Under the pieces are notes generated by a model. That model was not told the origin of the DNA. It saw only the letters and a list, made by a program, of their open reading frames with translations, and searched no databases. Position numbers and translations under genes: made by a program. DNA of 58,459 bases, filler included, from Circinaria calcarea (Eukaryota): the NCBI GenBank assembly GCA_051942165.1. It is 7 parts of 7 records of this genome, joined end to end, with 100 filler letters (N's around TTAATTAATTAA, not from the genome) between each part and the next. Parts side by side here need not be neighbours in the genome. Positions count along the whole stretch, not along the records: positions 1 to 8,279 come from JAVECS010001138.1; positions 8,380 to 16,655 come from JAVECS010001139.1; 5 more parts are not named here. One strand, written 5' to 3'. Every line of letters begins with the position of its first letter. The stretch's first letter is position 1. Positions 1 through 13,521 of this stretch are shown here, one piece after another.

Positions 1-587
1 GGGGGGGGGTTCGTCGCTTAAGCTCCGGGGGAGGCTCCCTCCCGGAAAGCTTGGTGACCACCCCTTAGACACGGGGTTCCCGAAGAGGGGTGAGGCCGTG
101 GAAGATTTTTGTTGTCTTGGCGGTGGGACACGAAGAAGCACGACTACCTAGGTATCCTCCTGTGAAATGCTGTCGACGGCTCTGGAATTAACTCTCCGTA
201 GCGCTTTGGTGCATTCAACTTTGCTTTTATAATATGACGGGAGTGAAATAATCTGGCATGTTCAGTCAAACACAAAGTCGGGGGCCTATTTGACCCAAAC
301 GAATTTACAAACGCCAGCACAAGTCGAAGGACGGGACGGTAGGGTAGGAGAGAGAGTACAGATGCCAAGTAACAGAGGGCCAACAAGTGCAAGATATGTA
401 GTTGGCTTAATCGTAGGCACTATCTACTAACAGCGCATGTCTGTTTGCGGTAGCAATTCCTCAGCCTTACCGAGATGAGCTATTCTAACGACGTGCAATT
501 CCTGGGGTGAACGAAATCCTTTAACCTGAGCATGGATGATTACAACCTTGGGCACTTCTTTCCTAGACAAGCGCGTGCGTAGCACCG

Positions 588-3306
588 ATGCCGTCGCGGA
601 GCTCAGGCGACTACTTGAGCAATGCCATTTTACAGTCGGTAGAAGATGGGCGGTACCCAGAAGATGAGGGCGTCATCTCGGCAGAGCTCCTACCGTCGGC
701 GTTGAAAGGACTATTAGATTTACTTGAACAGGCTCGTGCTGATGTCAAAGTAAGGGACCTCGATTTCTCTCCGAGCCCCTGGCTGATTGAAAATCCTAGG
801 CAAGCATACGGGAGCTCAGTAAGATAAGTGCACCAGACATCGATGGTTGGATATCGCAAGCCAAGCGGCTTCGTCATGACATTGAGGACTCTCAGCAACT
901 TTCTCATGGGATAGTAGCACAAGCAGATGAGGGATCACAGCTTCAGGTTGTAGTGGATGATGCGGCGGCAAAAGTCGGTCTGCTCAATGGCGAGGTTGCA
1001 TTCAACGAAGCTTTAGCTGGCATCCTCCAGGAAATCAAGGAGCTACAATCTACCTTGGCCTCTGTGCAAGGTGCCACTGTCGATTATCGACTTCTGGATG
1101 CTGTTTCTTTACTTCAGGAGGCAGAGAGGCAGCTGGCATCAACACGAGCTGGCAGGAATACGAGACCCGCTGAACTCCTCGGGAAAAAAATTGCAGATTT
1201 ACGCGTTGCAGTGGAGAAGACACTTACGGATAGTTGGGACTCTATCATACACATTGATGCGACGAGCTCTCTAATATCTATTCAACATGAGACCAAGCGT
1301 GGGTATAAAAGCTTTGGATAGGGTCGGAAGCTAATTAGACTCAGGTTCTACTACTACCGATATTGATACAGTCGCCACTGCTCTAGCGAAACTCGACTTG
1401 CTTAGGAGTAAGATCATTACTTTGCGGAGAGGGATTGACGATGTTGTTATCACTCCTCGTCTACGTAGCCAGGCTGACGGTACTGTGGCATCGCTGGTCA
1501 CCGAGGAAAACGTCATTCGGGTTAATGGGCGGAGTTCCGACTTATCAACAGCAAAACTGCTCTCTGATATACGCATGCTAGTGGATTATCTCAGTACAAA
1601 TTTGCCGCCGGCTATTGCTATCCCTCTATCTGAGATTTTGATGCCAGGCTTGATATCAAGATTGAAATCGGGACCTCTGTTGTCCTCGGTACCGACAGAC
1701 TTGGAGGATATTGCAGACTTTCAGCATACCCTCGATCTAGTCTTGAGATTCGCCAACACCCTTGACCAACACGGATGGCAGGGTAAAGCCAGCCTTGTAG
1801 AATGGACGAATCAGTCTCCAAGAGTGTGGCTAGATAAGAGACGTGAAACCTCTCTCCAGCAGGTTCGTAAGATACTTCTGAAGGACCTCGGAGAACCTAG
1901 AGCGGTCGAGCGTATCGAAACGCAAACGGTTTTAAGAGACGATGACATGTTTGCGGCAAATGGCTGTAATGATGACTGGAATGCAAATTGGTCCGATGGG
2001 GATAATGAGGAGGATCTGAACCTGGGCTCCTCCCAACATGGTGAAATGCCAGGTGAGGTAGTTGAGGAGGACGTCAGTGCCTGGGGTCTTGAGGATGATA
2101 TAGCGGAAGAAAGTAACGAGCGGAGAAACGGCCAAACCGAAGACATTACAGACGAAACCGATGCATGGGGATGGGGAGATGAAGATGATATTGCAGGGTC
2201 GCCGAAGGGTCCTAACTTACCGCCTAGACCAGCTCAACCTCCAAAAGTCAACGGCCGCACTACGTCAATACCTTCTGCTGGACATCAAATGACATTGAAA
2301 GAGACCTACAATATTACTGCTCTGCCAGAGCAAATACTGGCGATCATTGTACAGGCCATTTTAGATGTTGAGAAACTCTCCCATCCCAAGTCAGTCATCG
2401 TGAGCGCTCTAATGTATGCTGGCTAAATGATGGTACAGTTCCGAAGTGAACCCTCTTGCTCCTGCTTCTGAGGCCCTCTTGCGACTTCCAGGTCTAGTTT
2501 TATCACTCTACAGAGCAACAGCGCCCAACTTCTACACCCGCAGCATTAGTGGGAATATGTTCCTGTATAACGACTGCCTGTACATATCAGAACAACTCCG
2601 TAAATATAATCAGGACTATCCTTCTCGCCCAACAAACAAAACTCCGGGGCCCGTACCTAAACTCAACCTGGAGCCAGATATTCTAACACTTTCTCTGTTC
2701 GGTAAAAGAGCCTATGGCAAAGAAATGGAATCCCAACGCCAAATCCTTAGCGATCTCCTTGACGGCGCTCAAGGCTTTGCAAACTGCACCGAACACCCCT
2801 TCGCACAGGAATGCGATCTAGCAATCAGCTCCACGGTCGACCGACTACGGAACCTATGTGCACAATGGAAACCTGTGCTGTCGCACTCGGCCTTACTCCA
2901 GTCTTTGGGCTCCCTTCTCTCAACCGTCATTAATAAGATTATCGTTGACGTGGAGGATATGCCTGATATCTCTGAGCCCGAATCGCAACGACTGGCATCC
3001 TTCTGCAATCGTGTCGCCACCCTTGAAAGCCTTTTCTTACCTGAAACGAATACCTCCGAACCAACCACTCCCGCCAAAGAAACGCCTATCCCCCTCACTG
3101 CCGTCTACGCTCCCAATTGGTTGAAATTCCAATATCTAGCGAATATCCTTGAAAGCTCACTGGTAGATATCAAATACCTGTGGACGGAAGCGGGACTCAG
3201 TCTGGAATTTGGAGCGGAGGAGTTGATCGATCTAATTGAGGCCTTATTTGCGGATTCGGAGCATCGGCGAAGGGCGATAGGGGAAATTAGAAGAGGGACT
3301 AGATGA
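588..3306 (+). CDS. DSL1: Dsl1/ZW10-family Golgi-to-ER retrograde tethering subunit; 4 exons (588-749, 800-1298, 1345-2389, 2439-3306)
   Basis: Three GT..AG introns with branch-site motifs join the 588, 953, 1398 and 2446 ORFs in frame. Central acidic Trp motifs (DDWNANWSD, SAWGLEDD, DAWGWGDEDD) resemble the Dsl1 COPI-binding lasso. The C-terminus (NMFLYNDC, ILESSLVDIKYLW, ELIDLIEALFADSEHRRRAI) is ZW10/Dsl1-like. Confidence 0.88.
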
Positions 3307-4123
3307 CTAAGGTGTTTGGTTTCTTGAGCATTGTCGTTGGTTAAACGGTAAAGACATATTTTGGTACTGATATAGGTGTGTCCTGCGGGCTGATACGGTA
3401 ACTGTGGCCTTGACGGCCTCCGTATGTACGTATATTCCCATGACGTTCAATGTTAATATTTAATATACCTCCATTTATTAAATGGGAGCCGAACCAGCGA
3501 ACCAAAATCGTGCAAAGCTAGCAGGGAATTCAGGCATTATAACGACATTCCCGTCTAGATGTTTTCTCCGAACATCCCTGGCTGCAAGTCTAGTCATACA
3601 TTGCTGACTGTGAATCTACTCTTGAGTCACCGTCGATTTCAATCAAGTGAGGAGATACCGTTTCGGGATATGGATTTATATATCAAAAGGTCGAGTCTTT
3701 CTTCTCAGCGAACTGATCCCAGTTGAGACTTTAGGTAAGTGAAGTTCTTTTAAGATCCTCGGTTGTTTTGTGTTAAGAGAAAAAATTGACATTCTGATTA
3801 ACCTCCTCTACCTAGTGCTAGCTATGCCGATCATTCTATCTAGTCCATTCCATCTAGCTGTCGTCTATATACTGTTATTTTCCCCATTTCACCCACAATT
3901 TCCCATTCCAATCTGCCTCCATCCAGTTATCCGCGCTGGTTCGTTCCTCGTCAACTCTTTGTATCCATTTCTTTCATTTCGTTTCTCTTATCTAAGAAAC
4001 ACCACCTCTACCCCATAACCCTCCCAAATCAGAAACTCCCGGAACAAGGGTATCCTACATCCCCGAATTGGCGGCACCATCCCCAGCATATATTTAAGAA
4101 GTCGCATACCATCTACCCCTCCC

Positions 4124-6030
4124 TCAGACCTTCTCCGCTACTTCCCTCGTCTCCACCTCAGGCTTAGGCTCCCCAGCCGCCGCCTCATTCGCAACCGGAG
4201 CCGCCGGTTTCGGGCCTCGAGCGTACTTCTTATCGCTCGCGAGTGATTGGGCAAACTTGGAGCGTTGGCGGATCTCCGGGCCCTTCCAGTAGAATATGTA
4301 AATGGGGACGGTGAAGATGGCGGCGAGGCAGGCGAGGATGGTGGTGGGCCATTCGAGCTTGTATTTGTGACCGACGTTATGGTAGACTATGGGAGGGCGG
4401 TCAGTTGGGGTGTTAAAGGGGACGGGGATGAGATTGGGCGAATGAGGTGGATTCTAGGAGAGATAGGATACCCACATGGAGCAGCATACATGGCGGCTAC
4501 ACCGGCCAGGAAATCTCTCGCCAAGGCATTACCACCGGTGGCGGAGGCGGCATAGGGTCCGTAGGCGGCGACCATGTAGTCGATTGTGGCCATGTAGATG
4601 GAGTACTGTTTCAAGGGAAGGAGGTCGTTAGTTTCTCCTAAGCTTACTCTTGGTTGATGGATGCTGTTGCTTACATTTGCCATGCCAACCAGTACAGAGA
4701 AGATCATCGGAGCAATCCAGTGCACGTGGGGCGGACCCAAGCTCGTCCACGCGAATCCATACAATCCTAGAGCCAAAAGCGGTGCAACTATTCAAAAAGT
4801 CAGCCTCGAATATGTGGAGAGGGCTCGGTTCCCGCTGGTGGGGAGCTTACCCCACAAAAGCCAGTACAAGCGCGCTTCGGCCTGAAGGGCATCTGGATTC
4901 TTGCGTCGAATGGCGATGTGCCTTCTGATGAACGGAAGGAAGGAGAGGTACGCAAAAACGTATCCGATGAGGATTCTAAGGAGCGCAGAGCTATGATTAG
5001 CATCTCTCAAGGCGACTGCACTGTAAGAGGAGCCATGTACTCACGGAATAAACGCAAGACCGATCTGGATAGTACTGAAGCCCCATTGCTGAAAGACGGG
5101 TTGGTAGGACTCCAGAAACGTGAAGATGAGCGCATCGCTGAAGCCACTGAGCAGGGAGAGGAAGAGAACAATCGGCTCGCAGAAGAACATTTGGAATGGG
5201 CGATACCAGACTCGTAGGATCTCCCTGAACTCAAACCGGTGGTCTTTCAACTCGGTAGGGCCATAGATGTTCGTTTCCCCAGCTTTACGTCTTTTCCTCG
5301 CTTCCCGGTCAAGTAAAATGGTCGCTCTCGTCTCCGGTACGGCCCAGGCGTGAATAACTTGAACGACGGCGCCGAAAATGAGTTGAATCCAAAAGTTCCA
5401 GGACCAAGACAGATACTCTTGCATGAAACCGCCGAAGATTGGACCGAGTACAGAGCCGCCAACAGAAGAGAATACGATGAAGGCTACCGCATACTGTTGA
5501 TCATCGGCCCCCCACATATCGGCGACCATACCGAGGGTAACGGAACCCCCCGCAGAAGAAAGGCCACCCAGGAATCGGCAGACGACAATGGTACCGTAGT
5601 TTTTCGCTAATGCGCAGGGAATCTGCCAGATATTGACGAGAAATAGACTGAGCTGCAAGATGGGCCATCGTCCGAGTTCCTCACTCCAGGGCGCCCAGAG
5701 CTCACTCCCGAAAGCGTATGCGATCAAGAAGATCATCTGCCCGACGCGCGCCGCTTGCTCGCTGATGCGGAATTCCTCGGACAAGAGCGAGATGTTGTTG
5801 GCATAAATGCTCGCGTTGAAGTTCATTGAGCATTGAACGATGAAAATGACGCTGAGGATGCGCCATTTTTTGAAGCTCGAAAAGCAGAAGCCGAGCTTGT
5901 CATAGCAGTCCGACTCTTTCAGCTCGATCTTCCCATCTTTCCTCGGAGCCATTTCATCGCTTGCGTTGCTCTCGTCCCTGCTTGCCTGGGGCGAAGGGGC
6001 AATGCACTCGGATGAGGATCTGGAAAGCAT
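4124..6030 (-). CDS. MFS multidrug transporter, DHA1 (drug:H+ antiporter) family; 5 exons (introns ~5044-4976, 4850-4788, 4674-4606, 4475-4387)
   Basis: Motifs WAPWSEELGRWP, RFLGGLSSAGGSV, GSVLGPIFGG, PETRATILL, YGPYAASA and many hydrophobic helices. Splicing at GT-AG sites restores one frame to TGA at 4126-4124. Confidence 0.93.
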
Positions 6031-8279
6031 GCTTAATTTAAGACCAGATATTTATATATGTCTGTGTATATGTATATAAATGGGATGAATAGTCAGATGG
6101 ACAAATAGACCAAGAACGAGTAAGTGGCGCAAGTATGGTGATATGTCTGTAAAGATCAAGAATGATAAGATGGAATAATTAGGATTCTAGTATGGTTGTA
6201 TATCTAAAGATCGAGATTTTGAGATTTTGAGATGGAAGCCGTATGATCATATGGATATGAAGCTCAGGATGCAGAGAACTGTATGATGGGGGATGATAGG
6301 GAGATCAGTTGTCCTTTATATGCGCGCAATGGCGTCAGGTCGTACGGAGGAACTGCACAGTTGAGGCATAAATCTTCGGTCCATATTCTACTGTGCTGAT
6401 CTTTCGCATTTGATTGGTTGTCGGATGCGGAAGGCTGGCCGCCAACGAAACAAGCAAACTTGGTAAGATAAGCTATGACACTAAGCCTCCGGAAAACTCG
6501 GATCATATTACAATTGCGGCTCAAGTCCATGCGCCTTTGCCCCTTTCAAGCTAAATCCCGCCAATCGGCCATTGCTTGTTTTCGAGAATGTGGAGTACCT
6601 ACGCTAAACCTAGTTACATTTGAACACATTCTTGGCCATCTTTCCTCGTCGCCATTAAAACTTTCATATCGCTCTTTAAATATCATGCGCTCAGATGTAG
6701 CGCTTGAAAGCCGCAATGTGGGGAAGCCTAGAACTATGTCTGATGTGGTGTGGCCCTTCATGGTGGCCACCTCATAAAATCTAATGGAGCTGCGGCTTAA
6801 CCAAGCGGAAATTCTACGCTGAGGCTACAGTTCAAAAGGCCACTACTCAAGAGTACGGAATACCCTTCAAAAGCGGCTACCCTAACAGGTCCCTTGGTTG
6901 ATATACAACCGGACAGGTTCATAGACATCAATTGTAGGCCTTCAAGGCGCTACTAATTGTGCCTCATCGAGCTTTGGATCAATAGAAAGTGGGTACACCA
7001 GAGTGGACTATACTGCGACATAGCTTCGTACTAGATGATCGCCTCTCAGACTTTTCACTTTTATGCCTTGAGCTTGGTACGGGCCCGGGGTGGTGTTTAG
7101 GCAGGTCAATGTGAGAGATCGTGGTGTATGTACCAGGCTCGCAAGAATATTTGTATCATGCCCAATACATGCCAAGATGCTTGAATACCGAATTTGCCGG
7201 ACATCCAGCTTTAATTATGCTACGGCCAATTTCAGCAGTAAGTAGAGTCAATAGATTAAAGTGGGGAAAGAACCTACCGCCTCACCATCATAGGGCAGAG
7301 ACTCGCATCTCTTAGATCCTGAATTTGCTCTTGCTATTCTCAGTCAATCTCCTTCTAACAAAACCTACCTTCGATTCATCTCTACATCTCCTAATACCCA
7401 CACCGAAAGGCCCAAGCCATCAATCCCAGAAATAAAAGCCATTGTATTAATTCAGGATTCAGGAACCAAAAATGATCGAATACGTCCATCCGGGCAGATC
7501 CTTTGAAGTGACCGACGGATCTTCTCCCAATCTGCTCACACCTGCGTCGGGTCTCTGAATAGGTAAACATCTACGCTTCACAAGTCACTCATGATATCTA
7601 CTGACCCCGGGCGAGATATGTTCGAATGACAGGAAGAGAGACCCCCGGAACCAGAGATCGATCCTCAAAAGCTTCGACGGAGATAAGAACATAATGAGAT
7701 AGGGTCTGTCTAGATGGACTCGGGGACGAGGTTGACAAGAAGACAAGCCGACTTCGCGCCCGAGAGGCTCTGGCCTCTATTAAAATTGGGACGAATGCTA
7801 AACGCCGGCACCAATACCTCGAAGTTATTCCTTCCAACCGTCTACCCGAAAAGAACCAAACAAGTCCTCTCACACTCACAGAATACCTCAACCCCCTTCC
7901 AGCCATAACAATCCAGTCAACCCATCAGCGTACGGGTTGAGAAAAGAAGAAAACCAAAACAGAGCAAAAAGTCACAACATGAACCTTTCTTCCCTTCCTC
8001 TTCCCCAACTCCCCTCCCGCCACGTCTTCCTCGCGCATCGCAGCTTCTAGCCTCTACATCCCCTCTCCAGAGTCTCCCCTTTCCCACCCTATATTCCGGG
8101 CTAAAGTAGAGTTTAGAATAGACTTACTTGATCCCTATACCCATCCCCTAAACAAACAGGGTAGATCTCCTCGCCCCCCAAAAAAAACTCAATAGCCGAT
8201 GTTGACCACATTTTCCAACGATATCTTTAAAAAATTCCCCCACTCCGTCCCCTTGGGAATCCCCCCCTCACAACTCACA

Positions 8280-8379
8280 NNNNNNNNNNNNNNNNNNNNN
8301 NNNNNNNNNNNNNNNNNNNNNNNTTAATTAATTAANNNNNNNNNNNNNNNNNNNNNNNNNNNNNNNNNNNNNNNNNNNN
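8280..8379. other. Artificial contig spacer
   Basis: N44-TTAATTAATTAA-N44; the 12-mer gives stops in all six frames. Confidence 0.98.
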
Positions 8380-9176
8380 AGCGTAGGATTGCAAAGAAGT
8401 TTGGAACGAATGGGGTCACCCTAGGGCACGATGAGGACACCAGAGTAAAGTTGGAGAATGGGAAGAGACCGAAAGGGAAACCTAGGGTCGCTGGGAGCGC
8501 TAGAGGTCGAGAATTGAGGGCTGCTGCAGCTCTTGCAAGATTCGGTGGGCAGCAGGAAGAGCCTGTGAAAAATGAAAAGGCTGATGGCGGAAGCGACACG
8601 GATAGTGACTACGAAGATGTCAGCGTAAAGACCGAGGTTGCTACCGACCTCGATGGGTCAAGGCTGGTGGATAGTAAGGGTAACGGAATGGTGAAGGTTT
8701 GCGAAGACGAGGATGGGGACGATGTTCATGTCAAACAGGAAATGCAAGAGCTTCAGGATATCAACGATACTGCCCTTACATCTAGCCAGGCAAAAGCATC
8801 TATTAAGAACGATGGAGTTCCATCAAACATCAGCAAAAACGACAATGACAGTACACGTGGCCAAGGTGGCCTGAAAAATCGGGGAACAAACAAAACTTTG
8901 CCATCAGAGTCAGACAATCCAGTTAACCGTGTCAATGATAAACAGAGGGCGTCAGTCTTTAGGCCAGGCGGAAGGATTGGTGTGAGCTGTCCCGTTTGTT
9001 CTATGACAAATGCACGTTCAGAAACGCTGTGTTCCGCGTGCTCGCATGTTCTCGAACCCCACAGCATGCCTGGTCACTGGCAATGCTCAAGTACGACATG
9101 CTTGAAAAGCTTATACATCAACTCCGCTGACTCTGGCTTGTGCGGGGTTTGTGGAAGTCGAAAGCCATATGGATGA
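8380..9176 (+). CDS. 3' part (5' lost at contig edge) of a WLM-family (Wss1-like) zinc metallopeptidase with C-terminal RanBP2-type zinc fingers
   Basis: Frame open from the contig start: RRIAKKFGTNGVTLG...KPRVAGSARGRELRAAAALARF, then CPVCSMTN..CSAC and WQC...C...YIN....CGVCG. I recognise this as the C-terminal half of fungal WLM proteins; the catalytic HExxH region is outside the contig. Confidence 0.75.
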
Positions 9177-10516
9177 AATACTCCATTGTGTTGTCGAGGT
9201 ATCTTAACATGTACAGTGTTCTAAACATCATGTTATATTCGACCATTCAGATAGACGGATCCAGGTCTAACAAGCTGTCTATCTTAATCCTTCAGACTGA
9301 ACAGTCTGACTTGATGGTTCAGACCAGCGAACTAGCCACTGATACTGGCTGCTATTTCTGGATTGGAAACAGACTAGACAGTATAGAAGGTTGCAAGGAC
9401 GCTCGATTGACTGTAACTGCCAACCACCGCAATCAGGGTTGCTTTACGGCCAAGACTGGTTCAAGATCTAGTGTACTTTGGTCTCGGTAATGTCCTAGAG
9501 CACTATGGCTGGATTTGGGATATCACTTGGCGCGAGAGTAGCATCCGGAAATTCATCATGTGAGGAAGAGCTTTATGAACCTACTTTTGTCGGAGGTCTA
9601 TGAGAAAGGTAGCTTAGGGATTGAACCTGAGGTCATGCTTTAGTGCATCCTATTGTATTAGCTTTAGGGCTGATTCGCCTACGGTCGATGGCTTTCGTGT
9701 TCACTTTTCAAGTTACAAAGTAAGTAATCTTCTTACAACAAATGCGTTCATGCTCCCTGCCTGAACTAGCATCCTACCTTTCTAGGCAATGTGCAAAGCT
9801 GATATATATGACTGTGTGCTGCTGCCCTCAACTATTGCCTCATTCGCTCCACTATCTACTCTACAGTTACCGCAATGCTCCGTCCTTGGTCCACTTTAGC
9901 TATACCCTTCACTCAAGACTCAGCTGACTTCACTCCCGCTCCATTCTAAGTCAAGGATTCTCCTCAATAATAAGCCTTTCGTAAGGCCAAGTAATCGGAG
10001 AAGCGGTTTCCGTTTCAGTGTTTGCAAATTATACCGTCCTCAGCTTATATTGAAGGTATTCGGCTATTAACCAATGTCAATATGACATCACCATACAGAA
10101 TTCACCATACAGAATTTGCCTACGTCTATAAAGGCATAGGATGTGACCATCGCGTCCCAGGGCTTCTGACTGTTTAAAAGCGGCCCCAATGGTCAAAATG
10201 TGGAAGGCTGCGCACGATTTGATCGGTTCGAACCAAAAGCATTGGAGTGTATCCATCGATCTCAGCGATCTTGTACACACAACTAACTGTACCAGTACTA
10301 GACAGAGCTGGCGGATAAGCATGTTCATGCTCACATAACAATTATATCGTTATGCCTTACTGGAACACGTATCTGTTTACCGTGTTCAACTGCTTACCTC
10401 TGCTTATTCGTTTCAACAGACCAACGTGGCCTTAGAGGCTTTCTATACCTCTGGGCAAGAACAACTTACTGTCCCTTGATACTAATATTAACCACACTCT
10501 CTTTTGTGGGAGGCAT

Positions 10517-10711
10517 TGTCACGGGGTCCCCCCGCGACTTCCACAGAAGGTCCGAGGTCCGAGGTCCGGGTTGTTGGGGGGACATGTATATAAAAGGTAG
10601 TACTTTTAGCATAGAGAGGAAGAAACGACCTTGACCATATAATAGACATTCTCATTTTATTTTCGTCATAATTCGTTTATCTTAAGGGAATTGCACTTCA
10701 CTTCATTAACA
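10517..10711 (+). mobile_element. LTR-like fragment (possible solo or orphan retrotransposon LTR)
   Basis: Starts TGTCACGG and ends TTAACA. Contains a short GGTCCGA tandem repeat, a TATATAAAA box (~10588) and an AATAGA-like signal, and is preceded by a short purine-rich GGGAGG. No matching target-site duplication and no second copy in the window. Confidence 0.4.
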
Positions 10712-13521
10712 TATCTTCGGCTTTACCATATATATTAAAATAAGCAGCCTTTCCTACTCTATCTTGTAATGTGGTCCCTAGCCCAGAAAACCGACCATTT
10801 TTGGTTGCAGGAGGAGTGGTGGTGTGGTTGGACGACGCGGTCCAAGACTTACTTTGGCTTCAGGGAATTGAACGGTTCGCTCGCTATCTTTCTAGCATAA
10901 TTCATAAAATGGCGTTAGAGAATTCTGAGGGCTGGATGTCCTTAACCTCTACAAGAACTAGCTTTCCCTAATAGCTTTTCCCGCCGAAGCTCGCTCGGAA
11001 TTAAGGATGCGATATTAGACGTATCGACCTTTACCACTCAATGCGGAGTTCATGTTGATCGAGGATTCTATCTCTTGGCAAATTTTTCTAAAAAAAACCA
11101 ATCTTTGTATATCAGAAACGTGGCCGAAAGTATTTCATGCCATATATATTATTATTAATAGCCGAATTTGTCAGGACACTCTAAAAGAGTCTTCTCAGGA
11201 ATAAAATGCTAGATTAAATACAAATCTAGACCAAAGAAATACTTATCGATTATTTGTTTGGAAACTTATTATACGGTCCTCTATTTATAATCCAAATTAA
11301 TAATCTGGAAGCGGAATCGGCATTGAATTAGCTAGTATCGATATCTAAATTCATCAGACACCGAAGGTCACCACGGTTGCGCTCCCCCCAAAGCAAGGAA
11401 GGACCTGGAGTTCGCAAGAACGTTACCAGAGTATAAGCATTACAGAAGTATGTGGTGCCGTGTCTTTGCTCCGCCGCCTCGACGACCTACAAGCTACGTG
11501 GCCAACCGGGCTGTAATGTTATTTTTGCTTCTAAAACTCTCATAGAGGTTTGACCTCAAAATTGGCGCCAACACAATATGGGCGTAAATGACGATATGAT
11601 TCTGTTAATAGGACATGAGACCAAAGCCAAAGGGTTCGAAAACTTCCAACGAAACCGCAAAGCTCCTAAAAACGGACAACATGGAAAGAAGCAGATGGGA
11701 TCAAAAGATGTTCGTGATTCTAACAATCCACGAATCATACACCGTATACTTACTCGCTGAATATACCCAACGATTCGAGAACACAACCTGTGGCCGGTTT
11801 TCCGAGAAAGGGGGTGCATGCAAGGATGCAGAAATACCATTCTTTCAGAGGATGAAAAGAGCTTAGTCTCGGAAAACAAGGCAAAAGATCTCGGATTGAA
11901 AATTTGCATCATAAAAAGAAATGGAATAGACAATATAATATGATTGAAAGCTGCTAGCAAGTGGGGTTTATTCTCAGCTTATATATCAAGCCATTACCGT
12001 TATCATGTTGAGATGAAGCAATACTGGAGCCAACACCCATGGACAGAGCTGTTGATCTCTCAAACCTTATGAGCTCATCCTTTGAAGAAGAGTAGGCCAC
12101 GTCGTACCTACTCCTCAACCCGTGTGGGTATGACAGCCAGAACTTGTCTCATGTGCGATGGGCTGCGAATATCGAGGTTCTGTTATGTGGCGGGAAAGGT
12201 AGGAAGGTATAGCTGAGACCGTCGCTTAAACATATCTCTGCTGGAAAGCTATCTACTTTCTGCAGCGACTTTACACCTGCTTACCTACTTCTCATCGAGA
12301 ATGCTGATAGCATGCCACAAACCCTTGCAATGCTGATTGAAGGAAAGACCACGGACGAAGTTATATTCTTTCTTACAATCACCAAAGTACAAGTTTGTTT
12401 CCTTTCCAAGATCCATTTTATATGCAAACCCACCCGTACTCTAATTGGTTAAGATTTCAAAGAAAAATCCAAATGGCGTCAGTTCATTCTACATTCTGAC
12501 ACTTTATATTAACAGGCAGTATACCCCCCTTATATATAAGTATGCCAATCTATCGGATTTGTTCCGATTAGAACAAGAGCTACCTTCGACGTCCTCAGTT
12601 CATTCGATCTGAGGGTAATATGATGATTAGGGTTCACCAGAATCTCTCCGTTTGAACACGATCTTAGATAGATAAGCTATACGGCTAATATTCCCGCCGA
12701 GCGATAAAGTATAGCACGGTGAATGAACGACCGATTTCAGGGATGGCATTGATGATCCAGATAACAAGACACCGCGAGTACTCCGCGTGTAAGGAAATGA
12801 TATCGAATCAACACATCCAACACGTCTAAGGCCCCCCTAAGAACATAATGGAATACGAAGATTTTCGCCTGTGATACAATGTTCGATCGCGACGACATAG
12901 TTCTCAAAGGTGCCAAGACCGTGTGTAAAGTCCAATTAGAAAGAGCAGAACAGCGAGGTGATAATATTGCAGAGTCCCCATGAAAGGGCGGATGGTAAAT
13001 AGTGTTCAGAGGCAGGAAGAACGAATACGAAGTGTAAGAGATATATATATCGGGATCTGGTGCGGTGCAAACGTTGTTCTTCGACTTCGACTTATGAATC
13101 TCCAGGCCCCTTTTACTCTCCCCTTCTTATTTCTTTGCTCCCGTTTTGCCTCCTCGGTACTCTGGGTTTCTCCATTTCCTTTTTCATCAGTCTCTTGGCT
13201 AGTGATGGCAGCCCCCATATTATAAGCTACACCTATAACCGCTTGGAATAGTGGGGAGTCGCTTAGCAATCTGCTGGTATGTCCCGGGGTTTCGCCCTAC
13301 CTTAGCAATTCATCCTTATTCAGCCATACTCATTTAACACCCTGGATCAGGGGAGTTACCCTGAGAACGTTGTATGCCAAACGCTGGGCTATGCACTGAG
13401 GAGAATTTTCTAGTAGTAACTGGTTTTTGAAGTCGCTAGGTATTCCAAGAATATGAAGGTGGGAAGGGATATAAAGGACAAGGAAGGGGAACTAAAGAGT
13501 TGAGGTGGAAGAAGCGTATCT

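Noticed and set aside
7400..8279. Short ORFs and C-/A-rich runs at the end of contig 1 (similar tracts at 1-140, 16756-17460, 23900-25025, 25126-25330, 41862-42700)
   Set aside because: Homopolymer-inflated sequence at contig edges, typical of low-quality read tails; no recognisable product.
9293..9310. 8-bp inverted repeat TCAGACTG-AA-CAGTCTGA after the WLM stop codon
   Set aside because: Short enough to arise by chance, and fungal Pol II genes do not use hairpin terminators.
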